This document shows, piece after piece, positions 40,537 to 50,561 of a DNA stretch of 64,000 bases. A program made the position numbers and the translations under genes. This DNA is from Roseivirga sp. (lineage in GTDB: Bacteria > Bacteroidota > Bacteroidia > Cytophagales > Cyclobacteriaceae), in contig NZ_JAGDZM010000009.1 in NCBI RefSeq assembly GCF_049099775.1, forward strand, positions 74,643-138,642, read 5' to 3'. How positions within the stretch are numbered: the first letter of the stretch is position 1; the number at the start of each line of letters is the position of its first letter. Below the pieces are notes generated by a model, which was given only the letters and a program-made list of their open reading frames with translations, made no database searches and was not told the origin of the DNA.

Positions 40537-41499
40537 TTGAAATACGATCTTGTCATCATCGGGGGCGGGCCAATTGGTCTGAATAGTGCCATTGAAGCTA
40601 AAAAAGCAGGTTTAAGTTATATCGTTTTGGAAAAAGGAGTTCTAGTTAACTCTCTTTATAATTTTCCGACCAACATGACCTTCTTTTCAACTTCTAACTT
40701 GTTGGAAATTGGAGACGTGCCATTTATCGCGCATGGCGACAAACCGACGCGCCGAGAATCTCTAGAATATTTTAGACGCGTACAAGAAAGCTGGGACTTA
40801 CAGGTTAGCCTATACACTGAAGTTTTGAACATGCTTCCTGACACCGATGGATATAGAATAGACACAACTAAGGGTGCATTTCATGGTAAGAATGTGGTTA
40901 TAGCCACTGGTTTTTATGATACCCCAAGAATGCTAGAAATTCCTGGTGAAAATTTACCTAAGGTGAAGCATTATTATGACGACCCTCACCCATATGTAGA
41001 TCAGAAGGTAGTGGTAATTGGAGCGGCAAACTCTGCTTGTGATGTGGCACTTGAAACTTTTTATAAAGGTGCAGAAGTAACAATGGTCATCCGAGAATCA
41101 GAAATCTATCCAAAAGTAAAGTATTGGATTCGCCCCAATATTGAAAACAGAATTAAGGCAGGAGAAATCAAAGCTTACTTTAATAGCACCGTCCAAGAAA
41201 TTAATGAACAGGAAGTAACGATCAGTACTCCTGAAGGTGAGGTTACTATCCCCAATGACTTTGTATTATCGATGACTGGTTATAAACCAAACTATACCCT
41301 TTTCGAAAAATTAGGACTTCATATTTCTGATGACGGTCATAAAACACCAATTCACAATGATTCAACCCTTGAAACACCATTGAAAGGCGTATATGTGGCA
41401 GGTGTGATCAATGCTGGCTTGCAAACCAGTAAGCTATTCATAGAAAATACGAGACAGCATTCCGAAACTATTATTAATTCTATCTTGAGTTCGAAATAG
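40537..41499 (+). CDS. ypdA: YpdA-family putative bacillithiol disulfide reductase
   Basis: GGGPIG, FFSTS, KPTRRESLEYF, ATGFYD, FIEN; no CxxC. Confidence 0.85.
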   Translation: MKYDLVIIGGGPIGLNSAIEAKKAGLSYIVLEKGVLVNSLYNFPTNMTFFSTSNLLEIGDVPFIAHGDKPTRRESLEYFRRVQESWDLQVSLYTEVLNMLPDTDGYRIDTTKGAFHGKNVVIATGFYDTPRMLEIPGENLPKVKHYYDDPHPYVDQKVVVIGAANSACDVALETFYKGAEVTMVIRESEIYPKVKYWIRPNIENRIKAGEIKAYFNSTVQEINEQEVTISTPEGEVTIPNDFVLSMTGYKPNYTLFEKLGLHISDDGHKTPIHNDSTLETPLKGVYVAGVINAGLQTSKLFIENTRQHSETIINSILSSK

Positions 41500-41521
41500 T
41501 AATTAGCCTATGGCTTAGTTT

Positions 41522-41845
41522 TTGATTCTTTCGCAGACTCAAAAACAGGGAATTATTGTGCTACTGAAACTTTCGTTTCTTTTTTATAGAAGGATGTATG
41601 GAATTTTCCTACCGATACATTTCATCCTCTACTATTATAAAGTCTGGGAAAGCCTTTCTTTTTCAACAGGAACAATACTGGTTTTAAAAGTGATCCAATT
41701 CATAGCGACTGGGTTCTACTTTCAGTATTTCAGTTCAAAAACGCTAAACTTTTATAAGAATGCTGGTTACTCACCCAATTCCACATTTGTTGTGCTAGGC
41801 ATAGCCGATAGTCTTTTAACACTCTTAATCCTTAATCTACTTTAA
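41522..41845 (+). CDS. Small membrane protein
   Basis: TTG start, 3 TM segments, abuts the ABC ATPase. Confidence 0.55.
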   Translation: MILSQTQKQGIIVLLKLSFLFYRRMYGIFLPIHFILYYYKVWESLSFSTGTILVLKVIQFIATGFYFQYFSSKTLNFYKNAGYSPNSTFVVLGIADSLLTLLILNLL

Positions 41846-42532
41846 ATGAAACTAGAAGTTGACGGTGTGTTCTATGAGGCTGGTGGCAAAACCATACTAT
41901 CCGACATCTATTTAAACCTGCCCATAGGTGAAACGGTGGGGATTTTAGGTAGAAACGGTTCTGGAAAATCGACGCTTTTTGAGTTAATGTTCTCGGCAAG
42001 GAAGACCAAAAACATATCTCTGAGAATTGATGGTACAAAAGTGAAGAACCTATTTAACAATCGGTTAGTCCAATATCTACCTCAGTACGGTTACTTACCA
42101 GATACTTTGACATTATCTTCAGCTTACAAATACATGGGTTTAGCTTATGCGCCAATCGAAGGATTGTTTCAATCCAATCCAAAAACTAAAATTGGCCATT
42201 TATCCTTTGGTCAAAAGCGGCTGGTAGAAATTGACTTACTACTTGAATCCGCCTCTAAATTCATATTGCTCGATGAGCCTTTTTCTGGTTTATCACCTCT
42301 GAGTATTGAGTTACTCAAAACCAAAATCGAACTGAAGAAAGCGGAAAAGGGAATGCTCATTACCGATCATTTATATGGAGATATACTATCTATAAGCGAT
42401 CGATTATTAATAATGGAATCGGGAGCACTGAAACCAATCTCCAAAAATGCAGATGCACTTGAATTTGCTGGTTACTTAAATTCAAATGATCAGCAGAAGA
42501 ACTTCCAATTAAAAGGAATAGACAACCCTTAA
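41846..42532 (+). CDS. ABC transporter ATP-binding protein
   Basis: GRNGSGKS, LSFGQ, LLDEPF, ITDH. Confidence 0.85.
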   Translation: MKLEVDGVFYEAGGKTILSDIYLNLPIGETVGILGRNGSGKSTLFELMFSARKTKNISLRIDGTKVKNLFNNRLVQYLPQYGYLPDTLTLSSAYKYMGLAYAPIEGLFQSNPKTKIGHLSFGQKRLVEIDLLLESASKFILLDEPFSGLSPLSIELLKTKIELKKAEKGMLITDHLYGDILSISDRLLIMESGALKPISKNADALEFAGYLNSNDQQKNFQLKGIDNP

Positions 42533-43086
42533 GATATCCATTTGATATTACAACCCATACTTGGTATCTGAGGAGTCGTAACGGGTTTCTCAGAGATTAT
42601 CTCGTCTAAAGCAGCACGCATATCTTGTCCAGTCACCGGTTTACCATTTCCGGGTCTAGAATCATCTAATTGGCCTCTATAAACACAATTCAATTCACCA
42701 TCGAATATGTAGAAATCGGGGGTACACGCTGCGTCATATGATTTGGCTACGGCTTGACTTTCATCATAGAGATATGGGAAATTATAGCCTACTTTTTCGG
42801 CTTCTAGCTTCATTAAATGCGGAGCATCTTGCGGATAATTAGCCACATCGTTGGAGCTCATAGCGATAAATGAAACGCCTTGTTTCTTATAATCATTAGC
42901 CAAAACCACTATTCCTTCATCTACGTGCTTTACAAATGGACAATGATTGCAAATAAACATAATCACTGTGGCCTTATCCGACTTGAGGTCTTCAAGTGAA
43001 CACATTTTACCCGAAATAGTATCGAGCAATTCAAAGCTTGGCGCCTTAGTGCCCAAAGGCAACATATTAGAAAGTGTTCTTGCCAT
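42529..43086 (-). CDS. Thioredoxin-like / redoxin family protein
   Basis: FICNHCPFV, YDAACTPDF, GCNIKW. Confidence 0.9.
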   Translation of the reverse strand: MARTLSNMLPLGTKAPSFELLDTISGKMCSLEDLKSDKATVIMFICNHCPFVKHVDEGIVVLANDYKKQGVSFIAMSSNDVANYPQDAPHLMKLEAEKVGYNFPYLYDESQAVAKSYDAACTPDFYIFDGELNCVYRGQLDDSRPGNGKPVTGQDMRAALDEIISEKPVTTPQIPSMGCNIKWIS

Positions 43087-43204
43087 AATCTTATACTTAT
43101 AAGTTGGTAAAGATGGACGTCAAATCATAAAAGACAAAGAATAAAGCCCAAAAACGGTTGAAAAAGCATGCTTTCTTAGTTTAACATCCTTTAACAATTC
43201 TCTT

Positions 43205-43234
43205 CGCAAGTTTTTTCTGAGCCTCAGCATCTAA
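43205..43234 (+). promoter_or_regulatory. Candidate ECF sigma promoter (copy 1)
   Basis: CGCAAGTT-N15-CATCTAA; same motif at 44476. Confidence 0.65.
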
Positions 43235-43274
43235 CAAGGCAAAACATAGAATGAAAATCATAAAAGTTAAAGTC

Positions 43275-43808
43275 ATGAAAACTCAAAATTTAAAAAAATA
43301 CGGATTCGCATTAGCCACTTTAGTGTTCTTAGGCACTTCAGCTCAGGCACAAAGATTTCAGGGTAACGAAAGACCTGATCGTCCGCAACAAGAAATGAAA
43401 CAAGGACAAAAGCTAGCAATGGGAAAACAGCATGGTCCACAAGGCCCGAAAATCCCTAACCTAACAGAAGAGCAAAAAGAGCAGCTACATTCATTCAGAT
43501 TGGAAAGCGAAAAAGCATCTTTACCGATCAAGAATCAGGTAGCGGAAAAAGAAGCAAGGCTCAAAACGTTGGTCACTAGCGAATCTTACAATGAAAAAGC
43601 GGTGAACAAAGTGATCGAAGAAATTGGAGACTTGAAAACCGGCTTAATGAAATTGAAGGTTGCCGAAGGTCAGAAAGTCAAGAATATTCTTAACGAGGAA
43701 CAACTAGTTGCTTTTAACAATCAAATTGCTCAAGGCCTTAAACAAAGAATGGGTAAAGGACCCGGCCAAAAAGGCGGTCAACATAGAGGGCCAAGTCATG
43801 GAAGATAA
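43275..43808 (+). CDS. Spy/CpxP-family periplasmic protein
   Basis: Signal peptide, LTEEQKEQL and LNEEQ motifs, Gly/Pro-rich ends; start taken at MKTQN. Confidence 0.8.
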   Translation: MKTQNLKKYGFALATLVFLGTSAQAQRFQGNERPDRPQQEMKQGQKLAMGKQHGPQGPKIPNLTEEQKEQLHSFRLESEKASLPIKNQVAEKEARLKTLVTSESYNEKAVNKVIEEIGDLKTGLMKLKVAEGQKVKNILNEEQLVAFNNQIAQGLKQRMGKGPGQKGGQHRGPSHGR

Positions 43809-43850
43809 GTACCCTATTTTCAAATAATCATACAATCATTTACATTTAGA

Positions 43851-43878
43851 GTAGCCTCGCATTGAGGCTACCTTTTTT
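43851..43878 (+). terminator. Intrinsic terminator
   Basis: GTAGCCTC/GAGGCTAC plus T-run. Confidence 0.8.
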
Positions 43879-43893
43879 AATTTCACAATATCA

Positions 43894-44475
43894 TTGTCCG
43901 ATCAAGACCTTATTTCTGAACTACAGCAAAGATCTGAAACAGCCTTTCGGACCTTAGTCAGTGAATACCAAGATCGGGTATTTAACACCTGTTTGGGCTT
44001 ACTTCAAAATGCGGAAGAAGCAGAAGAAGCAGCACAAGATGTTTTTATTGAGGTTTATAAATCGGTAGAAAAATTCAGAGGTGAATCAAAATTATCTACT
44101 TGGATATACCGAATCGCTACAACCAAATCTTTGGAAAGAATCAGAAAACGTAAAACTCAAAAACGTTTTGCTTTCCTACAATCATTAACTGGTGGTGATC
44201 AAGACTATGAAAACACCAAAAGTGCCACATTTAACCATCCGGGCGTAATTCTTGAAAACAAAGAACATGCGCAAACCTTGTTTAAGGCTATTAAAGAATT
44301 ACCGGAGAGTCAAAGAGTAGCATTCACACTACACAAGGTAGAAGGACTACCCTATCAAGAAATTTCAGAGGTATTGGAAACGAGTATTTCATCTGTAGAA
44401 TCGCTCATGTTTCGAGCTAGGAAAAATTTACAGAAGAAACTTAAGACTTATTACGAAAAAAATTTAATGGCTTAG
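43894..44475 (+). CDS. ECF RNA polymerase sigma factor
   Basis: TTG start; AQDVFIEVY, STWIYRIA, YQEISEVL, SLMFRARKNL. Confidence 0.92.
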   Translation: MSDQDLISELQQRSETAFRTLVSEYQDRVFNTCLGLLQNAEEAEEAAQDVFIEVYKSVEKFRGESKLSTWIYRIATTKSLERIRKRKTQKRFAFLQSLTGGDQDYENTKSATFNHPGVILENKEHAQTLFKAIKELPESQRVAFTLHKVEGLPYQEISEVLETSISSVESLMFRARKNLQKKLKTYYEKNLMA

Positions 44476-44504
44476 CGCAAGTTAAATCATTGAAAGACAT
44501 CTAA
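44476..44504 (+). promoter_or_regulatory. Candidate ECF sigma promoter (copy 2)
   Basis: CGCAAGTT-N14-CATCTAA immediately after the sigma stop codon. Confidence 0.65.
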
Positions 44505-44522
44505 TTTCAAAGAAACCAAGGT

Positions 44523-44855
44523 ATGAAATCGGAAAAAGACATAGAAGAGAAAATAAATTCGACATTAAATAGCCTAGAGGGGTTGGGTAAAGCTGAGGCA
44601 AGTCCGTTTTTCTATAGCAAGCTGGAAGTAAGGATGCAAGACGAGCTAACTTCTTCTATTGGCAGGTTTGCTTTTATTGGAAACCTTAAAATGAGCATGG
44701 CTGTTCTTAGTGTCGTTTTGATCTTAAATTTTGCCAGTCTTTTTATTCTGAGCAATACAGGTCAGGAAAGTACGGAAGGAGAATCTGATGTGTCGCTCGT
44801 GACGCAAGACTATTTCTCTGGAACGGACGACTACGATTACTTAAATAGCTATTAA
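44523..44855 (+). CDS. Single-pass membrane protein, probable anti-sigma factor
   Basis: Follows the ECF gene; SPFFYSKL, one TM segment. Confidence 0.7.
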   Translation: MKSEKDIEEKINSTLNSLEGLGKAEASPFFYSKLEVRMQDELTSSIGRFAFIGNLKMSMAVLSVVLILNFASLFILSNTGQESTEGESDVSLVTQDYFSGTDDYDYLNSY

Positions 44856-44856
44856 T

Positions 44857-45384
44857 ATGGACACCTTAAGCAATAATAAATACTTAGGCGGGGTGGTCAT
44901 AGCACTAGCTCTGATAAATGTTGTGTTATTAGCATTCCTTTGGAAAGGCTATCAGGCAAATCAAAAAAGTCGCCCAAAAGGAGGGTTAAAAGTTTTAGAA
45001 GAACGACTCAAGTTAGACGAATCACAACTAAAACAACTTGAAGGATATCGTGAAAGTCACTTTGAATTAGTTCAAAAATTAAGAAGAGACTCACAGGAAG
45101 CTAGGAAAGCTCTCCACGACCTTTGGGGAACAACTAATGCTTATGATAAGGTTAATTCGCTAACGCAACGACTTGGTGAATTGCAAGTTTCCATAGAAAA
45201 AGCAACCTATGATCACTTTGCTCAAATAAGAGCAATCTGCTCACCTGAACAACAAGCCATTTTTGATGAACTCATTAAAGATGTTTTAAAACAAGGTGAT
45301 CAGGGCGGTCCTCGGAATGGCCAAAGACCTTTACCGAATGATCGTGGTCGCGGAGGCCCACCTCCACCAAGAGAAGGAAGATAG
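44857..45384 (+). CDS. Periplasmic heavy-metal-sensor / Spy-CpxP-like protein
   Basis: N-terminal TM (LINVVLL), LKLDESQ, HF motifs, CSPEQQAIF, Pro/Gly tail. Confidence 0.75.
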   Translation: MDTLSNNKYLGGVVIALALINVVLLAFLWKGYQANQKSRPKGGLKVLEERLKLDESQLKQLEGYRESHFELVQKLRRDSQEARKALHDLWGTTNAYDKVNSLTQRLGELQVSIEKATYDHFAQIRAICSPEQQAIFDELIKDVLKQGDQGGPRNGQRPLPNDRGRGGPPPPREGR

Positions 45385-45436
45385 ACAATACGCCTAATTC
45401 TCATAACCAGTTTGCGCAAACTAAAAATTACAGGTT

Positions 45437-46588
45437 ATGAAGAAGTATATATTTTTAATTGGCGTATCGCTTATCTTTTTTAGCTGCGACAATTCAGATG
45501 AGATCTCGGAAATAGATGAGAATTTTAATGAAGATATCTCCGATGTAGTAGATCTACCAAGCACATTTTTTAATTACGCCAACCCAGATTTACCAAATCA
45601 TTTTACTGATGGGCAGGTAAGAGGAATAGATAACACACCAAACGACAACCCCGTAACGGATGAGGGTGCTACACTTGGAAGAGTGCTCTTCTATGATAAA
45701 TTACTTTCTGCAAACAACACGATAGCATGTGCATCGTGCCATTTACAAGAAAATGGTTTTGCCGATCCAAGCGCATTTAGTACTGGTTTTGAAGGAGGAC
45801 TTACGGGTAGAAATTCAATGGGTTTAGCCAACGCCAGATATTATGACAATGGTCGATTCTTTTGGGATGAACGAGCCAGCACTTTAGAAGAGCAAGTCTT
45901 AATGCCGATTCAAGACCAAGTTGAAATGGGATTAACATTGAATGAGCTTGTTAGCAAAATTCAACAACAAGATTACTATCAGCCACTTTTTAGAGAGGCC
46001 TTCGGTTCTACTGAAGTCACGACTGACCGAATTGCAGATGCCATGGCACAGTTTGTAAGGTCTATGGTTTCTTATGAGGCAAGTTATGACGTTGGTTTAG
46101 CTGCCGCGAATGGCAATGAAGATGCTAATTTTGGCAACTTCACTGAAATAGAAAATCTCGGGAAAAACCTCTTCTTCAGTGCAAGAACGCAGTGTTCCAA
46201 TTGCCATGAAAGTGCCACTTTTAGTGGAGATCAAGCTAGAAATAATGGTTTAGATGCAGTGCTTACCGACTTAGGTGTTGGCGGTGACAATGGTAATAAT
46301 AATGACAATGGTAAGTTCAAAGTGAACTCCTTAAGAAACATAGCCGTGACTGGTCCTTATATGCACGATGGCCGGTTTAGCACTCTAAGAGAAGTCATTG
46401 AGTTTTATAACACAGGTATTCAAAACAGTCCAAATTTGGATAGAAGATTACGTGGAAATAACGGCGTACCACGCCGGATGAATTTAAATAGTCAGGAGAT
46501 CGACGCTTTGGTTGCTTTTTTGAATACACTCACTGATAATTCTTTCTTATCAGATGATAAATTCAGCGATCCCTTCGTTGATAATTAA
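45437..46588 (+). CDS. Diheme cytochrome c peroxidase family lipoprotein (bCcP/MauG/MbnH-like)
   Basis: Lipobox FFSC; LGRVLFYD, CASCH, FFWDERA, CSNCH, PYMHDG. Confidence 0.9.
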   Translation: MKKYIFLIGVSLIFFSCDNSDEISEIDENFNEDISDVVDLPSTFFNYANPDLPNHFTDGQVRGIDNTPNDNPVTDEGATLGRVLFYDKLLSANNTIACASCHLQENGFADPSAFSTGFEGGLTGRNSMGLANARYYDNGRFFWDERASTLEEQVLMPIQDQVEMGLTLNELVSKIQQQDYYQPLFREAFGSTEVTTDRIADAMAQFVRSMVSYEASYDVGLAAANGNEDANFGNFTEIENLGKNLFFSARTQCSNCHESATFSGDQARNNGLDAVLTDLGVGGDNGNNNDNGKFKVNSLRNIAVTGPYMHDGRFSTLREVIEFYNTGIQNSPNLDRRLRGNNGVPRRMNLNSQEIDALVAFLNTLTDNSFLSDDKFSDPFVDN

Positions 46589-46626
46589 AAGCATTGTAGT
46601 TCATATACTATATATTTTGGTTGAAG

Positions 46627-46654
46627 AAAAGGAGTCCGTACGGGACTCCTTTTT
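46627..46654 (+). terminator. Intrinsic terminator
   Basis: AAAAGGAGTCC/GGACTCCTTTTT. Confidence 0.8.
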
Positions 46655-46662
46655 GCATTTAT

Positions 46663-47838
46663 ATGTTATCTTATCATGTGCTAAGCTCACAAGAACTTCA
46701 AACGCTTACAAATCTTCGGCAAGAATTGCATCGAAATCCTGAGTTGTCTGGCCAGGAAAAGTTCACTGCCAGTCATATTCATGAGTTTCTGGCTAAATAC
46801 AATCCTGATGAAGTCATAACGAATTTGGGTGATACTGGAGTAGCCGCCATTTGGAATAGCAAGAAAGCTGGCAAAACAGTGCTGATACGAGCAGAACTCG
46901 ATGCGCTACCTATACACGAATCAAATACGTTTTTACACCGCTCCAATACGCCAAATACATCACATAAATGTGGCCATGACGGTCATATGAGTATTCTTTG
47001 TGGTTTAGCGGTACTGTTGCAAAATGAGACACTCACATCTGGGCGCGTCGTTTTACTTTTTCAACCAGCCGAAGAAACTGGGCAGGGTGCCAAAGCCGTA
47101 ATTGAAGACGATCGTTTCAAAAAGATCAAACCAGATTATGCTTTTGCACTACACAACTTGCCAAAACATGCTATGGGAACAGTATTCTGCAAAAAGGGAT
47201 CTTTTTGCGCGGCTTCAACAGGGTTGAAAGTGACCTACCACGGCACCACAGCTCATGCAAGTCAACCAAAAAGTGGCAATAACCCAGCAGTAGCCACAGC
47301 CCAACTCATTCATTGTCTTGATAGAATTTTGGAAACAAATGACTTTACAAACAGAACTTTAATTACGCTCACTCATTGTCAAGTGGGTGAAAAGAGTTTC
47401 GGTGTTTCAGCTGGTAAATCTGAGACTTGGCTAACATTGAGGGCTTTTGAAAAACATGATTTCGACCTACTCCTTACTGTATTAAAAGAAGAGGCAACCG
47501 CTATCGGCAAAAGATATGGGCTTGAAGTAGAATTAAGCCTCCACGAGTCTTTCGAGGTCACTGAAAACCATCATGAAGCTGTTGAGCTGATCAAAAAAGC
47601 AGCTGAAACTATTGAGGTTCCATTTACAGAGATGACAGCCCCGAATCCTTGGTCTGAAGATTTTGGATTGATCTTGAAAGAAGGAACTGGCGCTATGTTT
47701 GGCTTAGGTTCTGGTCATGAAACTCCCGACTTACATAATCCCGACTATGACTTTCCTGATCAATTGATCGAGACGGGTGTAAAGATGTTTTGGCAACTTA
47801 TAAAGGACAGCATTCCAAACAAAACGGAAGCCACTTAA
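46663..47838 (+). CDS. M20D amidohydrolase
   Basis: RQELHRNPELS, RAELDAL, HKCGHDGH, FQPAEE, SEDF, LHNPDY; start moved downstream of the terminator. Confidence 0.88.
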   Translation: MLSYHVLSSQELQTLTNLRQELHRNPELSGQEKFTASHIHEFLAKYNPDEVITNLGDTGVAAIWNSKKAGKTVLIRAELDALPIHESNTFLHRSNTPNTSHKCGHDGHMSILCGLAVLLQNETLTSGRVVLLFQPAEETGQGAKAVIEDDRFKKIKPDYAFALHNLPKHAMGTVFCKKGSFCAASTGLKVTYHGTTAHASQPKSGNNPAVATAQLIHCLDRILETNDFTNRTLITLTHCQVGEKSFGVSAGKSETWLTLRAFEKHDFDLLLTVLKEEATAIGKRYGLEVELSLHESFEVTENHHEAVELIKKAAETIEVPFTEMTAPNPWSEDFGLILKEGTGAMFGLGSGHETPDLHNPDYDFPDQLIETGVKMFWQLIKDSIPNKTEAT

Positions 47839-47847
47839 CCTCAAAAT

Positions 47848-47882
47848 AAAAAAGCCATACCCAAAATGGATATGGCTTTTTC
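47848..47882. terminator. Bidirectional terminator
   Basis: AAAAAGCCATA/TATGGCTTTTT between convergent genes. Confidence 0.8.
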
Positions 47883-47900
47883 TATATTATTCAAGTTCGC

Positions 47901-50465
47901 CTATTTATCAGTTGAACCTTCTTCTTTCTTCTTTTTAGGAGCTCTTTTCTTCTTCACTTTCAGCGTCAATTGATCTGACTTACCATCGTGATCAGCACTC
48001 AAAGTATCTCCTTCGTTGATATCTCCTTTCAAGATCTCTTCGGCTATCTGATCTTCAAGATATTTCTGAATCGCTCTATTCAAAGGTCTTGCACCATATT
48101 GTGGATCAAAGCCCTTATCTGATAAGAAGTCTTTTGCCTTCTCCGTCAAAGTTACTTTGTATCCCATAGCCTCAACGCGACTTAAGAGTTTACCAAGAGA
48201 GATATCAATGATATTATGAATGTCTTCTCTACTTAAAGAGTTGAAGATGATTACATCATCCAAACGGTTAAGGAATTCTGGACTGAAAGTCTTTTTCAAG
48301 GCTTTCTGAATTGTATCCTTCATCATTTCTTCCTCACCGTCACGTTTCGTTTGGGTACTGAATCCAATACCTGAACCGAAATCTTTCAAATCTCGAACAC
48401 CAATATTCGATGTCATGATAATGATTGTGTTTCTGAAATCTACTCTTCTTCCTAATCCGTCAGTTAGAATACCATCGTCCAATACTTGAAGTAAGATATT
48501 GAACACATCTGGATGCGCTTTTTCGATTTCATCTAATAAAACGACAGAGTAAGGCTTTCTTCTCACTTTTTCAGTCAGCTGACCACCTTCTTCATAACCT
48601 ACATAACCTGGAGGCGCTCCTACCAACCTAGATACGGAGAACTTCTCCATATATTCACTCATGTCAATTCTAACCAGTGAATCTTCCTTATCGAAAAGGT
48701 AAGTCGAAAGTACTTTCGCTAATTCTGTTTTACCAACTCCTGTTGGGCCTAAAAACACGAATGTTCCGATTGGCTTTGCGGGATCTTTCAAACCGACTCT
48801 TGTTCGTTGAATCGCTTTGGTCAGTTTCATAATTGCCTCATCCTGACCGATTACTCTACCTTTCAACTGCTCGCCCATACCAACTAATTTGGCTTGCTCT
48901 TTCTGAGCTACACGTTTAGTAGGAATACCAGTCATCATAGCAATTACTTCTGCTACGTTGTCTTCATCAACAGTATATCGCTGGAGCTTACTTTCTTCTT
49001 CCCATTTAGATTTAGCTGTATCTAGCTGATCGATCAGCTTTTTCTCGCTATCTCTTAATTGAGCTGCTTCTTCGTATTTCTGACTCTTTACGACTCTATT
49101 TTTTTCTTTCTTGATGTCTTCAATCGCTTCTTCCAACTTCACAATGTCATCAGGAACGTGAATATTATTGATATGAACTCTAGCTCCTGCTTCATCCAAA
49201 ACATCAATCGCCTTGTCTGGCAAAAACCTATCTGAGATATATCTATCTGATAATTTCACACATGCTTCTAAAGCTTCTTGCGTGTAACCAACATGATGAT
49301 GCTCTTCATACTTTTCTTTGATGTTTTCTAGAATCTGTACCGTTTCTTCAGGAGTAGTAGGGTCCACCATTACCTGTTGGAACCTTCTAGCCAAAGCACC
49401 ATCTTTTTCGATGTATTGTCTGTACTCATCAAGTGTAGTTGCACCAATACATTGAATTTCACCCCTCGCTAATGCAGGCTTGAACATATTCGAAGCATCT
49501 AAAGAACCTGATGCGCCACCGGCACCTACTATTGTATGCAGTTCATCAATGAATAAGATCACCTCAGGCGATTTTTCAAGCTCATTCATTACTGCTTTCA
49601 TTCGCTCTTCGAACTGACCACGATATTTCGTGCCAGCTACTAAAGATGCTAAGTCAAGGGTAACCACTCGTTTTCCGAAAAGTACTCTTGATACTTTCTT
49701 CTGAATAATACGTAAGGCCAAACCTTCCGCAATAGCACTTTTACCAACACCCGGTTCACCAATAAGAATTGGGTTATTCTTCTTTCTACGCGACAGGATT
49801 TGGCCTACTCGTTCTATCTCTTTTTCTCTTCCTACTATCGGATCTAGTTTGCCGTCTTCAGCATATTTGGTCAGGTCTCTTCCGAAATTATCCAAAACTG
49901 GTGTTCTAGATTTTTCGCCTCCCTTTCCTGAAGGTCTATCAGACCCTCCTCCAGAACCACCGCTACTTCCAAACATTTTAGAAGAATCTCCTTCTGGATC
50001 ATCTGTATCTGAAGAGGCCAATGGATTGTCAGTCTGGTATTCTAGCATTTCTTTTACTACTTCATAGTTTACGTCGAATTTCTCAAGAATCTGAGTAGCA
50101 ATATTATCCTCATCCCGAAGGATTGAGAGCAATAAGTGCTCAGTTCCAATCAATTGACTTTTGAAAATTTTTGCCTCTAAATAGGTAATTTTGAGCACCT
50201 TTTCAGATTGTCTTGTCAAAGGAATATTGGCTAAATTCTTCACATTGTGATTTGCCGTTCCTTTGGTAGCGCGCTCTATAGCTTCTCTAAGTTCTTCTAA
50301 AGAAGTACCTAGTTTTTTTAGGATGCTTACCGCAACACCTTCTCCTTCTCGAATCATCCCTAGTAAAAGATGTTCGGTCCCGATGTAATCATGCCCCAAT
50401 CGAAGGGCTTCTTCCCTACTTAATGAGATAACTTCCTTTACTCTATTTGAAAATTTTGCTTCCAT
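47901..50465 (-). CDS. clpC: ATP-dependent Clp protease ATP-binding subunit ClpC
   Basis: Two Clp-N repeats, GEPGVGKS, UVR coil, GPTGVGKT, GAPPGYVG. Confidence 0.96.
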   Translation of the reverse strand: MEAKFSNRVKEVISLSREEALRLGHDYIGTEHLLLGMIREGEGVAVSILKKLGTSLEELREAIERATKGTANHNVKNLANIPLTRQSEKVLKITYLEAKIFKSQLIGTEHLLLSILRDEDNIATQILEKFDVNYEVVKEMLEYQTDNPLASSDTDDPEGDSSKMFGSSGGSGGGSDRPSGKGGEKSRTPVLDNFGRDLTKYAEDGKLDPIVGREKEIERVGQILSRRKKNNPILIGEPGVGKSAIAEGLALRIIQKKVSRVLFGKRVVTLDLASLVAGTKYRGQFEERMKAVMNELEKSPEVILFIDELHTIVGAGGASGSLDASNMFKPALARGEIQCIGATTLDEYRQYIEKDGALARRFQQVMVDPTTPEETVQILENIKEKYEEHHHVGYTQEALEACVKLSDRYISDRFLPDKAIDVLDEAGARVHINNIHVPDDIVKLEEAIEDIKKEKNRVVKSQKYEEAAQLRDSEKKLIDQLDTAKSKWEEESKLQRYTVDEDNVAEVIAMMTGIPTKRVAQKEQAKLVGMGEQLKGRVIGQDEAIMKLTKAIQRTRVGLKDPAKPIGTFVFLGPTGVGKTELAKVLSTYLFDKEDSLVRIDMSEYMEKFSVSRLVGAPPGYVGYEEGGQLTEKVRRKPYSVVLLDEIEKAHPDVFNILLQVLDDGILTDGLGRRVDFRNTIIIMTSNIGVRDLKDFGSGIGFSTQTKRDGEEEMMKDTIQKALKKTFSPEFLNRLDDVIIFNSLSREDIHNIIDISLGKLLSRVEAMGYKVTLTEKAKDFLSDKGFDPQYGARPLNRAIQKYLEDQIAEEILKGDINEGDTLSADHDGKSDQLTLKVKKKRAPKKKKEEGSTDK

Positions 50466-50561
50466 TTATTGCCTTTCTCGGTGACTCAAATTTAGCGTTG
50501 AGCCACGATTTCAATATAATAAGATTATACCTTATGATCTACTAGAAACGTAATCAAAAAC

